In this document: one piece after another, positions 9,919 to 18,647 of the stretch
How positions within the stretch are numbered: position 1 is the stretch's first letter
How the letters are laid out: the number at the start of each line of letters is the position of its first letter
Source: Clostridiaceae bacterium
GTDB taxonomy: Bacteria; Bacillota; Clostridia; Acetivibrionales; DTU013
Length of the DNA stretch: 64,000 nucleotides
NCBI GenBank assembly: GCA_012519745.1
Contig: JAAYPO010000044.1
Coordinates: forward strand, 6,239-70,238
Direction of reading: 5' to 3'
Notes under the pieces: model-generated
Seen by the model: the letters and a program-made list of their open reading frames with translations, nothing else
What the model was told of the DNA's origin: nothing
Databases searched by the model: none
Translations under genes and position numbers: made by a program

Positions 9919-10329
9919 TTATCCGTTTATTTTTGCTCCTGTGGATCCAACCATGGTCCTTCTCAATACAAGATAGCCCAAGCCGCCGAAAATGAGCAAT
10001 CTGAACAATGAATACCAGTTGAGGTAGTGCAGTCTGCCAAAAATAGCGATCAGCACATTGATAAAGCAAATACCGCCGTAGCTGAACAATCCTATATACA
10101 GGAATTGTTCCTTAAGATTTGCATATGTGAGCAGCAGACCGACAATAAATGCCCAATATGACAGAGCACTCAAAAAGGATCCTATTGAAATGCCAAGGAT
10201 ATCATTCAAAAGAATCAGGGCAAGTCCCACGAACATGACGATAATGTCAAGAGGCAGCAGCATCTTGAAAAATTTGTTTGAGTCAAAGAAGCTTTTAAGC
10301 TCATTGCTTATGTTCTGGTATGTATTCAT
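9919..10329 (-). CDS. Hypothetical small integral membrane protein (about 4 TM segments)
   Basis: The start is moved to ATG 10329 (MNTYQNISNELK..), which has AAGGGGGA 5 nt upstream. The sequence is hydrophobic throughout and I recognise no family. Confidence 0.6.
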   Translation of the reverse strand: MNTYQNISNELKSFFDSNKFFKMLLPLDIIVMFVGLALILLNDILGISIGSFLSALSYWAFIVGLLLTYANLKEQFLYIGLFSYGGICFINVLIAIFGRLHYLNWYSLFRLLIFGGLGYLVLRRTMVGSTGAKING

Positions 10330-10456
10330 TGAAATCCCCCTTTGATATGATTGAATTATTAATCCATAATATATTATATTGGATTGTTCAATAATTAGCA
10401 ATTATATTATATAATTACATGAGTAGAAAATTAAGCTTCGGGAGGAATATGCAGCA

Positions 10457-12811
10457 ATGAAATATGGATATTTCGATGAGGGCGCCAGGGAATATGTCGT
10501 TACCAGGCCGGATACCCCGACTCCGTGGATCAACTACATAGGCAGCGGGAAATATGGAGGAATAGTATCGAATACAGGCGGGGGGTACAGCTTCCACAAG
10601 GATCCTCAGAACAGAAGGATAACCAGGTACCGCTATAACAGCATACCGATGGACAGGCCCGGCAGATACATATATATCAGGGATGCTGCAACGGGAGAAT
10701 ACTGGAACCCCGGTTTCCAGCCGTCGGCAAGAAAGCTGGACAGCTACAGCTGCAGGCATGGCATGGGATATACCGTGCTGGAAGGCGAATATAAAGGTGT
10801 AGCGGCTGAAGTGACTTACTTTGTACCGGATGACAGAGATTTTGAAATATGGCTGCTCAGGGTAGAAAACCTGACCAGTGTGTCAAAAAAGCTCCAGATA
10901 TTCAGCTACGCGGAGTTTTGCTTCTGGGATGCCATAATGGACCAGCAGAATGTTGACTGGGTACAGCAGATCAACCAGTGCCGCTTCGATAATGGAATCA
11001 TTACATGGCACCCGCATTATATCAGCAGCAACGCATCATTCTTTGCTGCCGGCGCGGAAGTTTCCAGTTACGACACGAATCTGGAGACCTTTATCGGGAA
11101 ATATCGTTCTGAGGCAAATCCTATAGCGGTAGAGCAGGGTGCATGCTCCAACTCCACATCCTACAGGACCAATGGGGTGGGTGCTTTCTGCAATGAGACA
11201 CACCTGGAAGGCGGACAGACCGCAGAGATAGTATTTATATTGGGTTATACGGAAAACAGATCGGATATAAGAAAAGAGATAGAGGCATACCTGGATCCCC
11301 GTGAAGCCGGACAAGCTCTTGAAAGGCTCAAAAAATACTGGGAAGGCTATATCGGAAAGCTGCGTGTCGATACACCGGACCGGGACATGAACCTTTTTGT
11401 GAACATGTGGAACCAGTACCAGTGCAAGACCACATTCAACTGGTCCAGATTTGTTTCGCTGTATCAGCTTGGCCTGGGGAGAGGCATGGGCATCAGAGAC
11501 AGTGCTCAGGACACACTGGGTGTGATGCACACCATACCGGATCAGGCAAAAGATCTGATAGTCAAGCTATTGCAGTGTCAGTATACAGACGGCCGGGCGT
11601 ACCACCTGTTTTTCCCGCTGACCGGGGAGGGAGGAGTCGGAGACGCTCCGGTCAAAAAATTCGACTGGTACTCAGATGACCATCTCTGGCTGATACTTGC
11701 CGTGAACGCGTATGTCAAAGAGACAGGAGACTTTGGGTTCCTGGACCGGGAGGTACCGTACAACGACAAAAAGACCACTGCAACTGTATGGGAGCATCTT
11801 ATAAAGGCGCTGGAGTTCACCGACACCTGGAAGGGGCCTCATGGTATCGCACTGGCAGGGCGTGCCGACTGGAATGATACACTGAATCTGGACACTGGCA
11901 AGGGTGTTGCCGAGAGCGTTTTCACATCGATGCTTTTCTGCAGGGCAGCCATAGAGATGACTGAGCTCTCCGGCTTTCTCGGCAGAAAGGATGATGAGTC
12001 CAGATTTGACGATATGTATGTGCGGATGAAGAATGCCGTCAATGAGACCTGCTGGGACGGCGAATGGTACGTAAGAGCCTTCGATGATGAGAGCAGGCCG
12101 CTGGGTTCGAAGGAAAACACCTTTGGCAGGATATTCATCAATTCCCAGTCCTGGGCGGTGCTTGGCAAGGTCAGTGACGATGAACGCACCCGCAAATGCC
12201 TGGATTCCATAAACAAACACCTCAATTCGAAATATGGGATAGTGGCTATGTATCCGGCCTACACACAGCATGACGATACAAAGGGCGGCATAACCACCTA
12301 TCCTCCCGGAGCAAAGGAAAACGGCGGTATATTCCTGCATACGAATCCATGGGTGATGATAGCGGAGATAATGGAGGGCAATGGAGAAAGAGCATTCGAA
12401 TACTACAAGCAGATCCTGCCCGCAAGACGAAACAACGATGCGGACCTCCTGGAAGTGGAGCCATATGTATACCCTCAGAACATCCTGGGCAAGGAGCATC
12501 CCCAGTTCGGGATCGGCAGGAATTCATGGCTCAGCGGAACTGCAGCCTGGAACATGGTAGCCTCCAGCCAGTACATACTTGGCATAAGGCCGGGATATGA
12601 CTCTCTTGTGGTGGATCCCTGTATCCCATCCTCCTGGGACGGATTCAGAGCTGTGAGGGAGTTCCGTGGAGCGGTATACGATATTGAGGTCAAAAATCCC
12701 GCGCATGTTTGCAGCGGTGTAAAGAAAATAACCCTGAACGGAGCTGCTGTTGACAGTATCCCTGTCCAGCCTGAGGGGACCAAAGCATATATCGTAGTAG
12801 AGCTGGGCTGA
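10457..12811 (+). CDS. GH94 cellobiose/cellodextrin (or related beta-glycan) phosphorylase
   Basis: 784 aa. It is collinear with clostridial cellobiose phosphorylases (MKYGYFD..REYVVT.P.TP.PWINY.G.., RITRYRYN..P.D.PGRY.YI, GRADWND.LNL, EPYVY.Q, NSWL(S/T)GTAAWN). Confidence 0.92.
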   Translation: MKYGYFDEGAREYVVTRPDTPTPWINYIGSGKYGGIVSNTGGGYSFHKDPQNRRITRYRYNSIPMDRPGRYIYIRDAATGEYWNPGFQPSARKLDSYSCRHGMGYTVLEGEYKGVAAEVTYFVPDDRDFEIWLLRVENLTSVSKKLQIFSYAEFCFWDAIMDQQNVDWVQQINQCRFDNGIITWHPHYISSNASFFAAGAEVSSYDTNLETFIGKYRSEANPIAVEQGACSNSTSYRTNGVGAFCNETHLEGGQTAEIVFILGYTENRSDIRKEIEAYLDPREAGQALERLKKYWEGYIGKLRVDTPDRDMNLFVNMWNQYQCKTTFNWSRFVSLYQLGLGRGMGIRDSAQDTLGVMHTIPDQAKDLIVKLLQCQYTDGRAYHLFFPLTGEGGVGDAPVKKFDWYSDDHLWLILAVNAYVKETGDFGFLDREVPYNDKKTTATVWEHLIKALEFTDTWKGPHGIALAGRADWNDTLNLDTGKGVAESVFTSMLFCRAAIEMTELSGFLGRKDDESRFDDMYVRMKNAVNETCWDGEWYVRAFDDESRPLGSKENTFGRIFINSQSWAVLGKVSDDERTRKCLDSINKHLNSKYGIVAMYPAYTQHDDTKGGITTYPPGAKENGGIFLHTNPWVMIAEIMEGNGERAFEYYKQILPARRNNDADLLEVEPYVYPQNILGKEHPQFGIGRNSWLSGTAAWNMVASSQYILGIRPGYDSLVVDPCIPSSWDGFRAVREFRGAVYDIEVKNPAHVCSGVKKITLNGAAVDSIPVQPEGTKAYIVVELG

Positions 12812-12863
12812 CGAGGATCAGGGCAGCACAGTATCCATCATGGCCGACCGGAAACAATGATGG

Positions 12864-12885
12864 GCAAACGGTGTTTGCGTTTTTG
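12864..12885 (+). terminator. Putative terminator after the GH94 gene
   Basis: gcaaac ggt gtttgc followed by gttttt. Confidence 0.45.
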
Positions 12886-12927
12886 GCGCAAATTTAGCAG
12901 ATAAAGCTAAAAAAATAGCGAAATGGC

Positions 12928-12956
12928 TTGATTAGTTGACTTCTGTGTAATATAAT
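12928..12956 (+). promoter_or_regulatory. Putative sigma-A promoter of the zinc-ribbon gene
   Basis: TTGATT (12928-12933), 17-nt spacer, TATAAT (12951-12956). It would give a ~95-nt leader. Confidence 0.45.
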
Positions 12957-13054
12957 GTAAATGTTTGGTTTACTAGCAAATGCTAGTTTGCCAAAATACA
13001 AGTATATACTGCGTCAGCAGAGATTACTAAACTTTCTAAAGCGAGGGAACCATA

Positions 13055-13330
13055 ATGTTCGAAGACAAAACGTTAGTATGCAAGGATTGTGGGCAGGAAT
13101 TCGTATTTACTGCAGGTGAGCAGGAGTTTTATGCAGCCAGGGGTTTCCAGAACGAACCCGGCAGATGCAAAGAGTGCAGATCAGCAAGGAAGTCCCAGTA
13201 CGGCAGAGATGGTGGCAAAAGAGAGATGTTTGACGCAGTCTGCGCACAGTGTGGCAAAGAAACTCAGGTTCCTTTCAAGCCGCGTCTGGACAAACCGGTC
13301 TATTGCAGCGAGTGCTTTTCAAATCGTTGA
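13055..13330 (+). CDS. Small zinc-ribbon protein (two CxxC-x17-CxxC units; zf-trcl-like)
   Basis: 91 aa. The sequence reads ..LVCKDCGQEFVFTAGEQEFYAARGFQNEPGRCKECR.. and ..AVCAQCGKETQVPFKPRLDKPVYCSECF... RBS gagggaa is present. Confidence 0.75.
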   Translation: MFEDKTLVCKDCGQEFVFTAGEQEFYAARGFQNEPGRCKECRSARKSQYGRDGGKREMFDAVCAQCGKETQVPFKPRLDKPVYCSECFSNR

Positions 13331-13446
13331 TCCGGAATAAATAATTAATATTTATACAAGCAGATCCTCCGCCCTGTGTATAACTTATGCAGGGCTAGAT
13401 TTGCATGTGCCTGCAAGCCGCATTTTGATTGTGGTGCGGGCATTTT

Positions 13447-13604
13447 TTATCCACATGGAAAGACTGTGTTCCGCGAACTTTTCCGCAGAACTTTCCACAG
13501 CTTGTAAGTGCATGATTAATGGTTATTCACAGGTTTATCAACATTATCCACAGGCAAATATACACAAAACGCATGTTTTGTGTATATTTTTCGAACAATC
13601 CACA
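13447..13604 (+). promoter_or_regulatory. Cluster of seven same-orientation DnaA-box-like 9-mers (two perfect TTATCCACA)
   Basis: Boxes lie at 13447, 13479, 13491, 13523, 13535, 13544 and 13596 (details in findings). A ~25% GC tract follows at 13621-13740. Confidence 0.55.
13556..13589. repeat. Perfect 15-bp inverted repeat with 4-nt loop inside the DnaA-box cluster
   Basis: aaatatacacaaaac gcat gttttgtgtatattt. The arms resemble degenerate DnaA boxes (ATATACACA). Confidence 0.8.
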
Positions 13605-13818
13605 GGATGCCGAATACATGCAGTTTTTCAACGATTTGCTGAAAGATGTATATTTTTTAAAAAATATAGCGATAATTTTGGAAGGATTTATATGGACTGT
13701 TGTTGAATACAAATATATGTCTTTTGAATAAGTATTTAGCGTGTGGGACAAAAACAGACCGGAATTGTTCGGATCCCGGGTACGTCATGTCAATACTAAA
13801 TGGAAAGGGGCAATGATT

Positions 13819-14352
13819 ATGAAGTTTAAGATCACAGGCAAGAATTTTGATGTAACAGATGCTTTAAAGGAAAGAGTAAACAAGAAGCTGGGCAAACTTG
13901 AAAAATTCTTCAATCCGCAGACTGAAGCCCAGGTCACTATGAGTATACAGAGGAACAGGCATATCCTTGAGGTGACCATACCCTTCGGCGGCATAACTCT
14001 CAGGGCCGAAGTGACCGGTGACGACATGTACGCATGCATCGACAAGGCAGAGGACATCCTCGAAAGACAGATCAGAAAGTATAAGACCAAGCTGGCAAAG
14101 AGACTGCATTCGGGAGCCTTCGAGCAGCCGGATGCCTTCAGGGCCGATACACATGTGGAAGAAGAGACCGAATTCAAGGTAATGCGTACGAAGAAATTTG
14201 CCGTAAAGCCGATGCCGGTGGAAGAGGCCATACTGCAGATGAATCTGCTGGGCCATGAGTTTTTCATGTTCTCCAATGCGGAGACAAACCAGGTGAATGT
14301 AGTCTATAAGCGCAAAGACGGAAACTATGGCCTGATAGAGCCGGAATTCTAA
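13819..14352 (+). CDS. hpf: Ribosome hibernation-promoting factor, long form
   Basis: Start at ATG 13819 (MKFKITGKNFDVTDALKERV..), with ggaaagggg 8 nt upstream. There is an S30AE N-domain plus a C-terminal dimerisation domain (..FMFSNAETNQVNVVYKRKDGNYGLIEPEF). Confidence 0.92.
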   Translation: MKFKITGKNFDVTDALKERVNKKLGKLEKFFNPQTEAQVTMSIQRNRHILEVTIPFGGITLRAEVTGDDMYACIDKAEDILERQIRKYKTKLAKRLHSGAFEQPDAFRADTHVEEETEFKVMRTKKFAVKPMPVEEAILQMNLLGHEFFMFSNAETNQVNVVYKRKDGNYGLIEPEF

Positions 14353-14400
14353 AAATCCGGCTGCGGTGATCCATTGTAATAGTTTATTAACCATAATGAG

Positions 14401-14432
14401 AGGCACAATGCACATGGCATTGTGCCTCTTCT
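14401..14432 (+). terminator. Possible hpf terminator hairpin (weak T tract)
   Basis: aggcacaatgc acatg gcattgtgcct followed by cttctt. Confidence 0.4.
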
Positions 14433-14441
14433 TGTAGTTCG

Positions 14442-14822
14442 CTAGGAAAGGGTTGCTTTGCTCTGCTCTGAAACCGGAAAGCTTACTGTTACTTTGAACA
14501 AGTCACCGTCTATATGCGACCGCTTCCCGTTCATTTCCTCAAGGGTTATATATACTCTGGTTCCCTTGAATGAATATTTAAGGGCATTGTCCAGGACGTT
14601 TAGGAAGACCCTGCACATCTATTTGCCATCAGCTAAAATGAACAAAGGTTTTTCTGGCAGAACAACCTTCATCAAAAGCCCGGATTTATCCACCTTATCC
14701 TCCATGTCCGCCAGGGTCTGCTCGATCAGCTTTTTCATATCGATGTTTTCGATATCCATGGGCATATTGCCGCTGGTGCTTTCACCCAGGTCAACTATAT
14801 CGCGCACCCCCTTTCGGTCCAT
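14442..14822 (-). pseudogene. Remnant of a sensor histidine kinase (HATPase_c region only; in-frame TAG, no N-terminus, no G-boxes)
   Basis: The minus-strand translation reads ..DLGESTSGNMPMDIENIDMKKLIEQTLADMEDKVDKSGLLMKVVLPEKPLFILADGK * MCRVFLNVLDNALKYSFKGTRVYITLEEMNGK... The stop is TAG at 14619-14621. The N-box (LDNALKYS) is present, but the H-box, sensor domain and ATP-lid are missing. Confidence 0.6.
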
Positions 14823-14934
14823 GAAAAACGGTTCAACTACCGTACAAAATGTCCGGAGCCTTTTTCATATTGTAGCGAAGGAATCTTACGGCCGGCCTGA
14901 CATTTTTCTTAAATATTTCTTAAGAAAACGGCAT

Positions 14935-15729
14935 TCAGCCCAGCCTGAATATCGGGTCATACTTGATATAATGAACGGGTATATTCGGAAAACTATTCTG
15001 CAGAAGCTCTGTATAATACTCCATGCCGGGGCTTTCGCTTTCCGCATGGCCAAGTACGATCAATGCCCGGTTCTTCTTCTGGTATACGGCATCACGTACG
15101 TATTCCGGCGCTTCCCATTCGGGGCCTTCGCCGCATATCACCAGATCGGCCCCATCCTTTGAAAAAATGGGTATGACGGAGTCGCCGGAGCCTCTGTATC
15201 CGACCAGCACGCCGACACACCGGCATAACATCTCCGGATGGCCTACATATCGCAAATGGCTGATGCCAAGGCTTTGCTTTATATGGGAGATAAGCTGCTG
15301 CAATGTCATTTCCGGAATCTCGACTATCGTAACTATATCTCTGTTTTCCACCTCCAGACTTTCCCAGCCCAGCACCCTTACAAGTCCCTTGGTGACGCGG
15401 TCCGGTAATTGTCTGTGTATGTAGTCGTGGCAGCGTATCACGGACATGCCGCATTCTTCTAAAAGGCTGCTTTTGTCTATGTAAACCTGATCCGCGCCGA
15501 GTTGATCCCTCTTGTCCCGATGGCTGAAGTAGATCCCTTCGTGTGAAATGATCAGATTGACTCCCATGTCCCGCGCTTTTTCAATTATCTCCTGTGTGGC
15601 CAGAAATGTGACAGCAATACCCTTTACTGTTGTATCCGGGCTGCCTGCAAGAAGTCCGTCGACGGTATTATCGATGGGCGCCATGCCTGATGTGATGGCA
15701 GCCAGCACATCTGAAACTTTTATATCCAC
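14935..15729 (-). CDS. NIF3-like (YbgI/YqfO family) dinuclear-metal-centre protein
   Basis: The track ORF runs 14935-15759. I prefer GTG 15729, which has AGGGAGGTG 6 nt upstream. The N-terminus pattern DIKVSDVLAAI...VDGLL.G.P...V.GIAV....T.E.I.KA...G.NLIISHE resembles NIF3. The family call is of moderate certainty. Confidence 0.55.
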   Translation of the reverse strand: MDIKVSDVLAAITSGMAPIDNTVDGLLAGSPDTTVKGIAVTFLATQEIIEKARDMGVNLIISHEGIYFSHRDKRDQLGADQVYIDKSSLLEECGMSVIRCHDYIHRQLPDRVTKGLVRVLGWESLEVENRDIVTIVEIPEMTLQQLISHIKQSLGISHLRYVGHPEMLCRCVGVLVGYRGSGDSVIPIFSKDGADLVICGEGPEWEAPEYVRDAVYQKKNRALIVLGHAESESPGMEYYTELLQNSFPNIPVHYIKYDPIFRLG

Positions 15730-15946
15730 AAGGCTCACCTCCCTAAAACTAATATCCATGGTTATATATTATATTACTTTGTAAATTTCTTCATCAAAAC
15801 TTTGATTTCTTATATCAATGTTATCTGGTCAGGAGTCTCAAATCCTGATATCACAAAGAATTCCTTCAATAAATTCACACTGAAATGGACAATATATTAT
15901 GTGTACCGCCTGGCAGCGTTTTGTACAGAATTCATGGAGGTGTTTC

Positions 15947-16459
15947 ATGAGTGTTTTTTCTATTGTTGTCGTCCTTTTGCTGCTTGCGATCCTTCTGCTG
16001 TTTTCTGTTGCAGTCAAGGCCTTTTTATCCTTCGATACGAAGAATGAGGCCGTCAGGGTGGTCCTGCTATGGCTCTACCCGTTTATTAAAATAACTGCTG
16101 AGAAAAACAGATCGCAACCCCTGCTGAAGGTCTATCTGTTTAATAAAAAAGTGTACTCAAAGACTGTCAGAATAAAGAGTACAGACGGCAAAAGCATCGA
16201 CCTGATCAAGGCTGCCAGTGCATCCGACATCCAGGTGGATCTGGATTATGGCCTCAGCGACCCATTTGCTGTTGCAATGGCCTGCGGTTCCCTGGGCTCG
16301 GTATCTGAGATGGTGAATATTGCAGAAATAAGGCAAAGACCTGATTTTCTGCCGGATGAGGATTTTATCCATCTGGAGGCTTCTGCAAATATCAATGCCG
16401 GAGATACTGTACTGAACTACCTCAGAATGAGGATTTCCAAAAATAAAAAGGAGGAATGA
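15947..16459 (+). CDS. DUF2953/YtfI-like membrane protein (sporulation-associated pair with next gene)
   Basis: Start at ATG 15947 after GGAGG. There is an N-terminal TM segment (MSVFSIVVVLLLLAILLLF). Its position immediately upstream of a YtfJ/GerW homologue matches the Bacillus ytfIJ arrangement. Confidence 0.5.
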   Translation: MSVFSIVVVLLLLAILLLFSVAVKAFLSFDTKNEAVRVVLLWLYPFIKITAEKNRSQPLLKVYLFNKKVYSKTVRIKSTDGKSIDLIKAASASDIQVDLDYGLSDPFAVAMACGSLGSVSEMVNIAEIRQRPDFLPDEDFIHLEASANINAGDTVLNYLRMRISKNKKEE

Positions 16460-16461
16460 AA

Positions 16462-16956
16462 ATGGATCAGTTCACCACCGACACACTGAACCAAAATGTA
16501 GACCTGCTTTTTTCCAACCTGGAGAGCTTCACTCAGAACGAGGGTGTCATAGGAAAGCCGGTAACACAGGAGAATAAAACCTTTCTGCCGGTGGTATCCG
16601 TGACGCTGGGCTATGGCGGCGGAAATTCGGCGACCAAAAGCCAGCCGAGCGCCTCAGGTTCCCAGGGCTCATCAGGGGCAGCAGGCATGATGGGCAGTAT
16701 GGCAGGCAAAATGGCCGGCGGAGCGATGGGACTTGGCGCAAAGCTCAATACCGAGGCGATAATCGTTATTGACAAGGGGAAGGACAGTGTATCCCTGCTG
16801 CCGGTGAATGCATCAGCGGGCAGTCAGTTGGCTGATAAGATACCACAAATGCTCACCAGTATGAACCAGAGCAAATCCGGCGGCCAGCAGGGCAGCAGCC
16901 AGCAGGGCGGCGGTCAGCAAAGCAGTGCACAGCAGGGCGGCGGTAAACAGCAGTAG
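16462..16956 (+). CDS. YtfJ/GerW-family sporulation protein with a G/Q/S-rich C-terminal tail
   Basis: AAGGAGG lies 7 nt before ATG 16462. The core reads ..GVIGKPVTQENKTFLPVVSVTLGYGGG.. and ..AIIVIDKGKDSVSLLPV... The tail is SKSGGQQGSSQQGGGQQSSAQQGGGKQQ. Confidence 0.7.
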   Translation: MDQFTTDTLNQNVDLLFSNLESFTQNEGVIGKPVTQENKTFLPVVSVTLGYGGGNSATKSQPSASGSQGSSGAAGMMGSMAGKMAGGAMGLGAKLNTEAIIVIDKGKDSVSLLPVNASAGSQLADKIPQMLTSMNQSKSGGQQGSSQQGGGQQSSAQQGGGKQQ

Positions 16957-17226
16957 CAGGCGGCAACACAGCGGGCAGCAGCAAAGCGGTAACCGGCGAC
17001 AGCCGGCAGGCAGTACAGCCGCCTGTGTCATACAGCAGACAGCGGCAGCAGCAGGGCGGTCGGGATAATGATCCCGGCCGTTTTCTATTGGAGTTCTTTC
17101 TAATATTCATTTTCAACGAAGAATTTCAAACTTGTTATAGATAAATGCGGTATAATTATTTTGATGGCAGATAATAATGGCATCAAGCTTCAAAATAAAC
17201 TATACATAAGAACGGAGGTAAACTTT

Positions 17227-18564
17227 ATGCGATCGAATTTCCCGGAGAATTTCCTTTGGGGGGCAGCTACGGCTTCCTACCAGATCGAGGGCGCTTACAG
17301 AGAGGATGGCAGAGGAGAGAGTATTTGGGACCGTTTCAGCCATACACCCGGCAAAACCTTCCAGGGAGATACCGGAGACGTTGCCTGTGACCATTATCAC
17401 AGATTTGAAGAAGATATCGGTATAATGAAAAAGATCGGGCTCAAGACATATCGTTTTTCGATATCATGGTCAAGGCTCTTTCCCGACGGCAGCGGGGAGC
17501 CAAATCCAAAAGGTATGGAGTTTTATAAGAAGCTTGTAAGCAAGCTGAACGAGAATGGCATCAAACCGGCTGTTACACTCTATCACTGGGATCTGCCCCA
17601 AAAGCTGCAGGATAATGGCGGCTGGGCGAACAGGGACACGGTTTGCCATTTTGTCGAATATGCGAAATATGTTTTTGAAAACCTGGGCAGTCAGGTACCC
17701 ATCTGGATCACCCATAATGAGCCGTTTGTGGCGGCAATCGTCGGCAACTGGATCGGAAGGCATGCGCCGGGCATTACCGATTTTCAGACAGCCCTGCGTG
17801 TTGCACACCATTTGCTGCTGTCCCATGGCCTTGCTGTGAAGGCCTATAGAGAATCGGGGCACAAGGGAGAAATAGGGATCACACTGAATATGAACCCGGT
17901 ATACCCTGCTTCTGAAAATGAAATGGACAAAGCAGCTGCGAAACGCTTCAATGAATATTTGAACAAGTGGTATGCAGATCCTGTGCTGAAGGGTGCATAT
18001 CCGGCTGACCTGCTGGAATGGTTCGCCGACAGGGGACTGGCACCTGAGATACTCGACGGGGATATGAGTGCCATCAATCAGCCCATTGACTTTTTGGGCA
18101 TCAACAACTATTACAGCAGCTTTATCAGGCATGATGAACACAATTGGCCTGTATATGCCTCTGAGATCTCTACCGGCAGAGACAGGACGAAAATGGATTG
18201 GGAGATAAATCCCGAAGGCCTCCATGATCTGCTTGTTTACCTTGACAAGGAGTATGGCGGCATAAAAATAATCATCACTGAGAACGGAGCGGCATTCAAT
18301 GATATCGTAAACCGTGAAGGAAAGGTAGAGGACGACAACCGGCTGGATTATCTCTATACATACCTGGAGCAGGTGCACAGGGCTATAGACAGCGGAGTAA
18401 ATGTCAAAGGCTACTATGCCTGGTCTCTGATGGACAATTTTGAATGGGGGCATGGTTACAGCAAGAGATTTGGTCTGGTGTATGTTGATTTCAAGACACA
18501 GAAAAGAATACTGAAAAAGAGTGCGTACTGGTACAGCGAGGTCATCAGGAACAATGGATTCTGA
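17227..18564 (+). CDS. GH1 beta-glucosidase
   Basis: Start at ATG 17227, with GGAGG 8 nt upstream. Hallmarks are FPENFLWGAATASYQIEGA, the acid/base motif ..WITHNEP.. and the nucleophile motif ..IIITENGAAF... Confidence 0.93.
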   Translation: MRSNFPENFLWGAATASYQIEGAYREDGRGESIWDRFSHTPGKTFQGDTGDVACDHYHRFEEDIGIMKKIGLKTYRFSISWSRLFPDGSGEPNPKGMEFYKKLVSKLNENGIKPAVTLYHWDLPQKLQDNGGWANRDTVCHFVEYAKYVFENLGSQVPIWITHNEPFVAAIVGNWIGRHAPGITDFQTALRVAHHLLLSHGLAVKAYRESGHKGEIGITLNMNPVYPASENEMDKAAAKRFNEYLNKWYADPVLKGAYPADLLEWFADRGLAPEILDGDMSAINQPIDFLGINNYYSSFIRHDEHNWPVYASEISTGRDRTKMDWEINPEGLHDLLVYLDKEYGGIKIIITENGAAFNDIVNREGKVEDDNRLDYLYTYLEQVHRAIDSGVNVKGYYAWSLMDNFEWGHGYSKRFGLVYVDFKTQKRILKKSAYWYSEVIRNNGF

Positions 18565-18647
18565 GCAGCTGTCAGGATGCCTGAGATGGATCAAAACAAA
18601 TAATATTACAGACGAAAGGCAGCCGGCTATAGCGGCGGAGAACTAGC

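Noticed and set aside
13401-13751. ORFs of 70-101 aa in the zinc-ribbon/hpf intergenic region.
   Set aside because: They have no RBS and an implausible composition. They are created by the AT-rich, repeat-rich non-coding sequence that carries the DnaA boxes.
14619-14621. The in-frame TAG inside the histidine-kinase-like frame, as possible pyrrolysine or programmed read-through.
   Set aside because: TAG is used as an ordinary stop elsewhere in the window (for example the ytfJ-like gene and hisD). No pyl genes are present. The kinase frame is also truncated at both ends, so a pseudogene is the simpler reading.
15722-15730. An isolated near-perfect DnaA box (ATATCCACA) at the start of the NIF3-like gene.
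   Set aside because: It is a single 1-mismatch 9-mer inside or at the edge of coding sequence, which is expected by chance. It is not part of the cluster at 13.45-13.60 kb.
16954-17100. Q/G-rich coding-like sequence continuing after the TAG stop of the ytfJ-like gene. This could indicate read-through, or a frameshifted longer ancestral tail (QQGG recurs in another frame).
   Set aside because: The region is simple cagcag/ggcggc repeat DNA that yields similar peptides in several frames. The conserved YtfJ core is complete well upstream. I see no evidence for recoding.
17470-18594. Long antisense ORFs opposite well-supported genes. Examples are 17470-18594 (374 aa), 38611-39495 (294 aa), 11672-12499 (275 aa), 28058-28831 (257 aa), 57600-58328 (242 aa) and 7810-8520 (236 aa).
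   Set aside because: Each lies entirely antisense to a gene with strong family signatures. Each has a low-complexity or odd composition with no recognisable motifs, and lacks a convincing RBS. This is typical shadow-ORF behaviour at this GC content.
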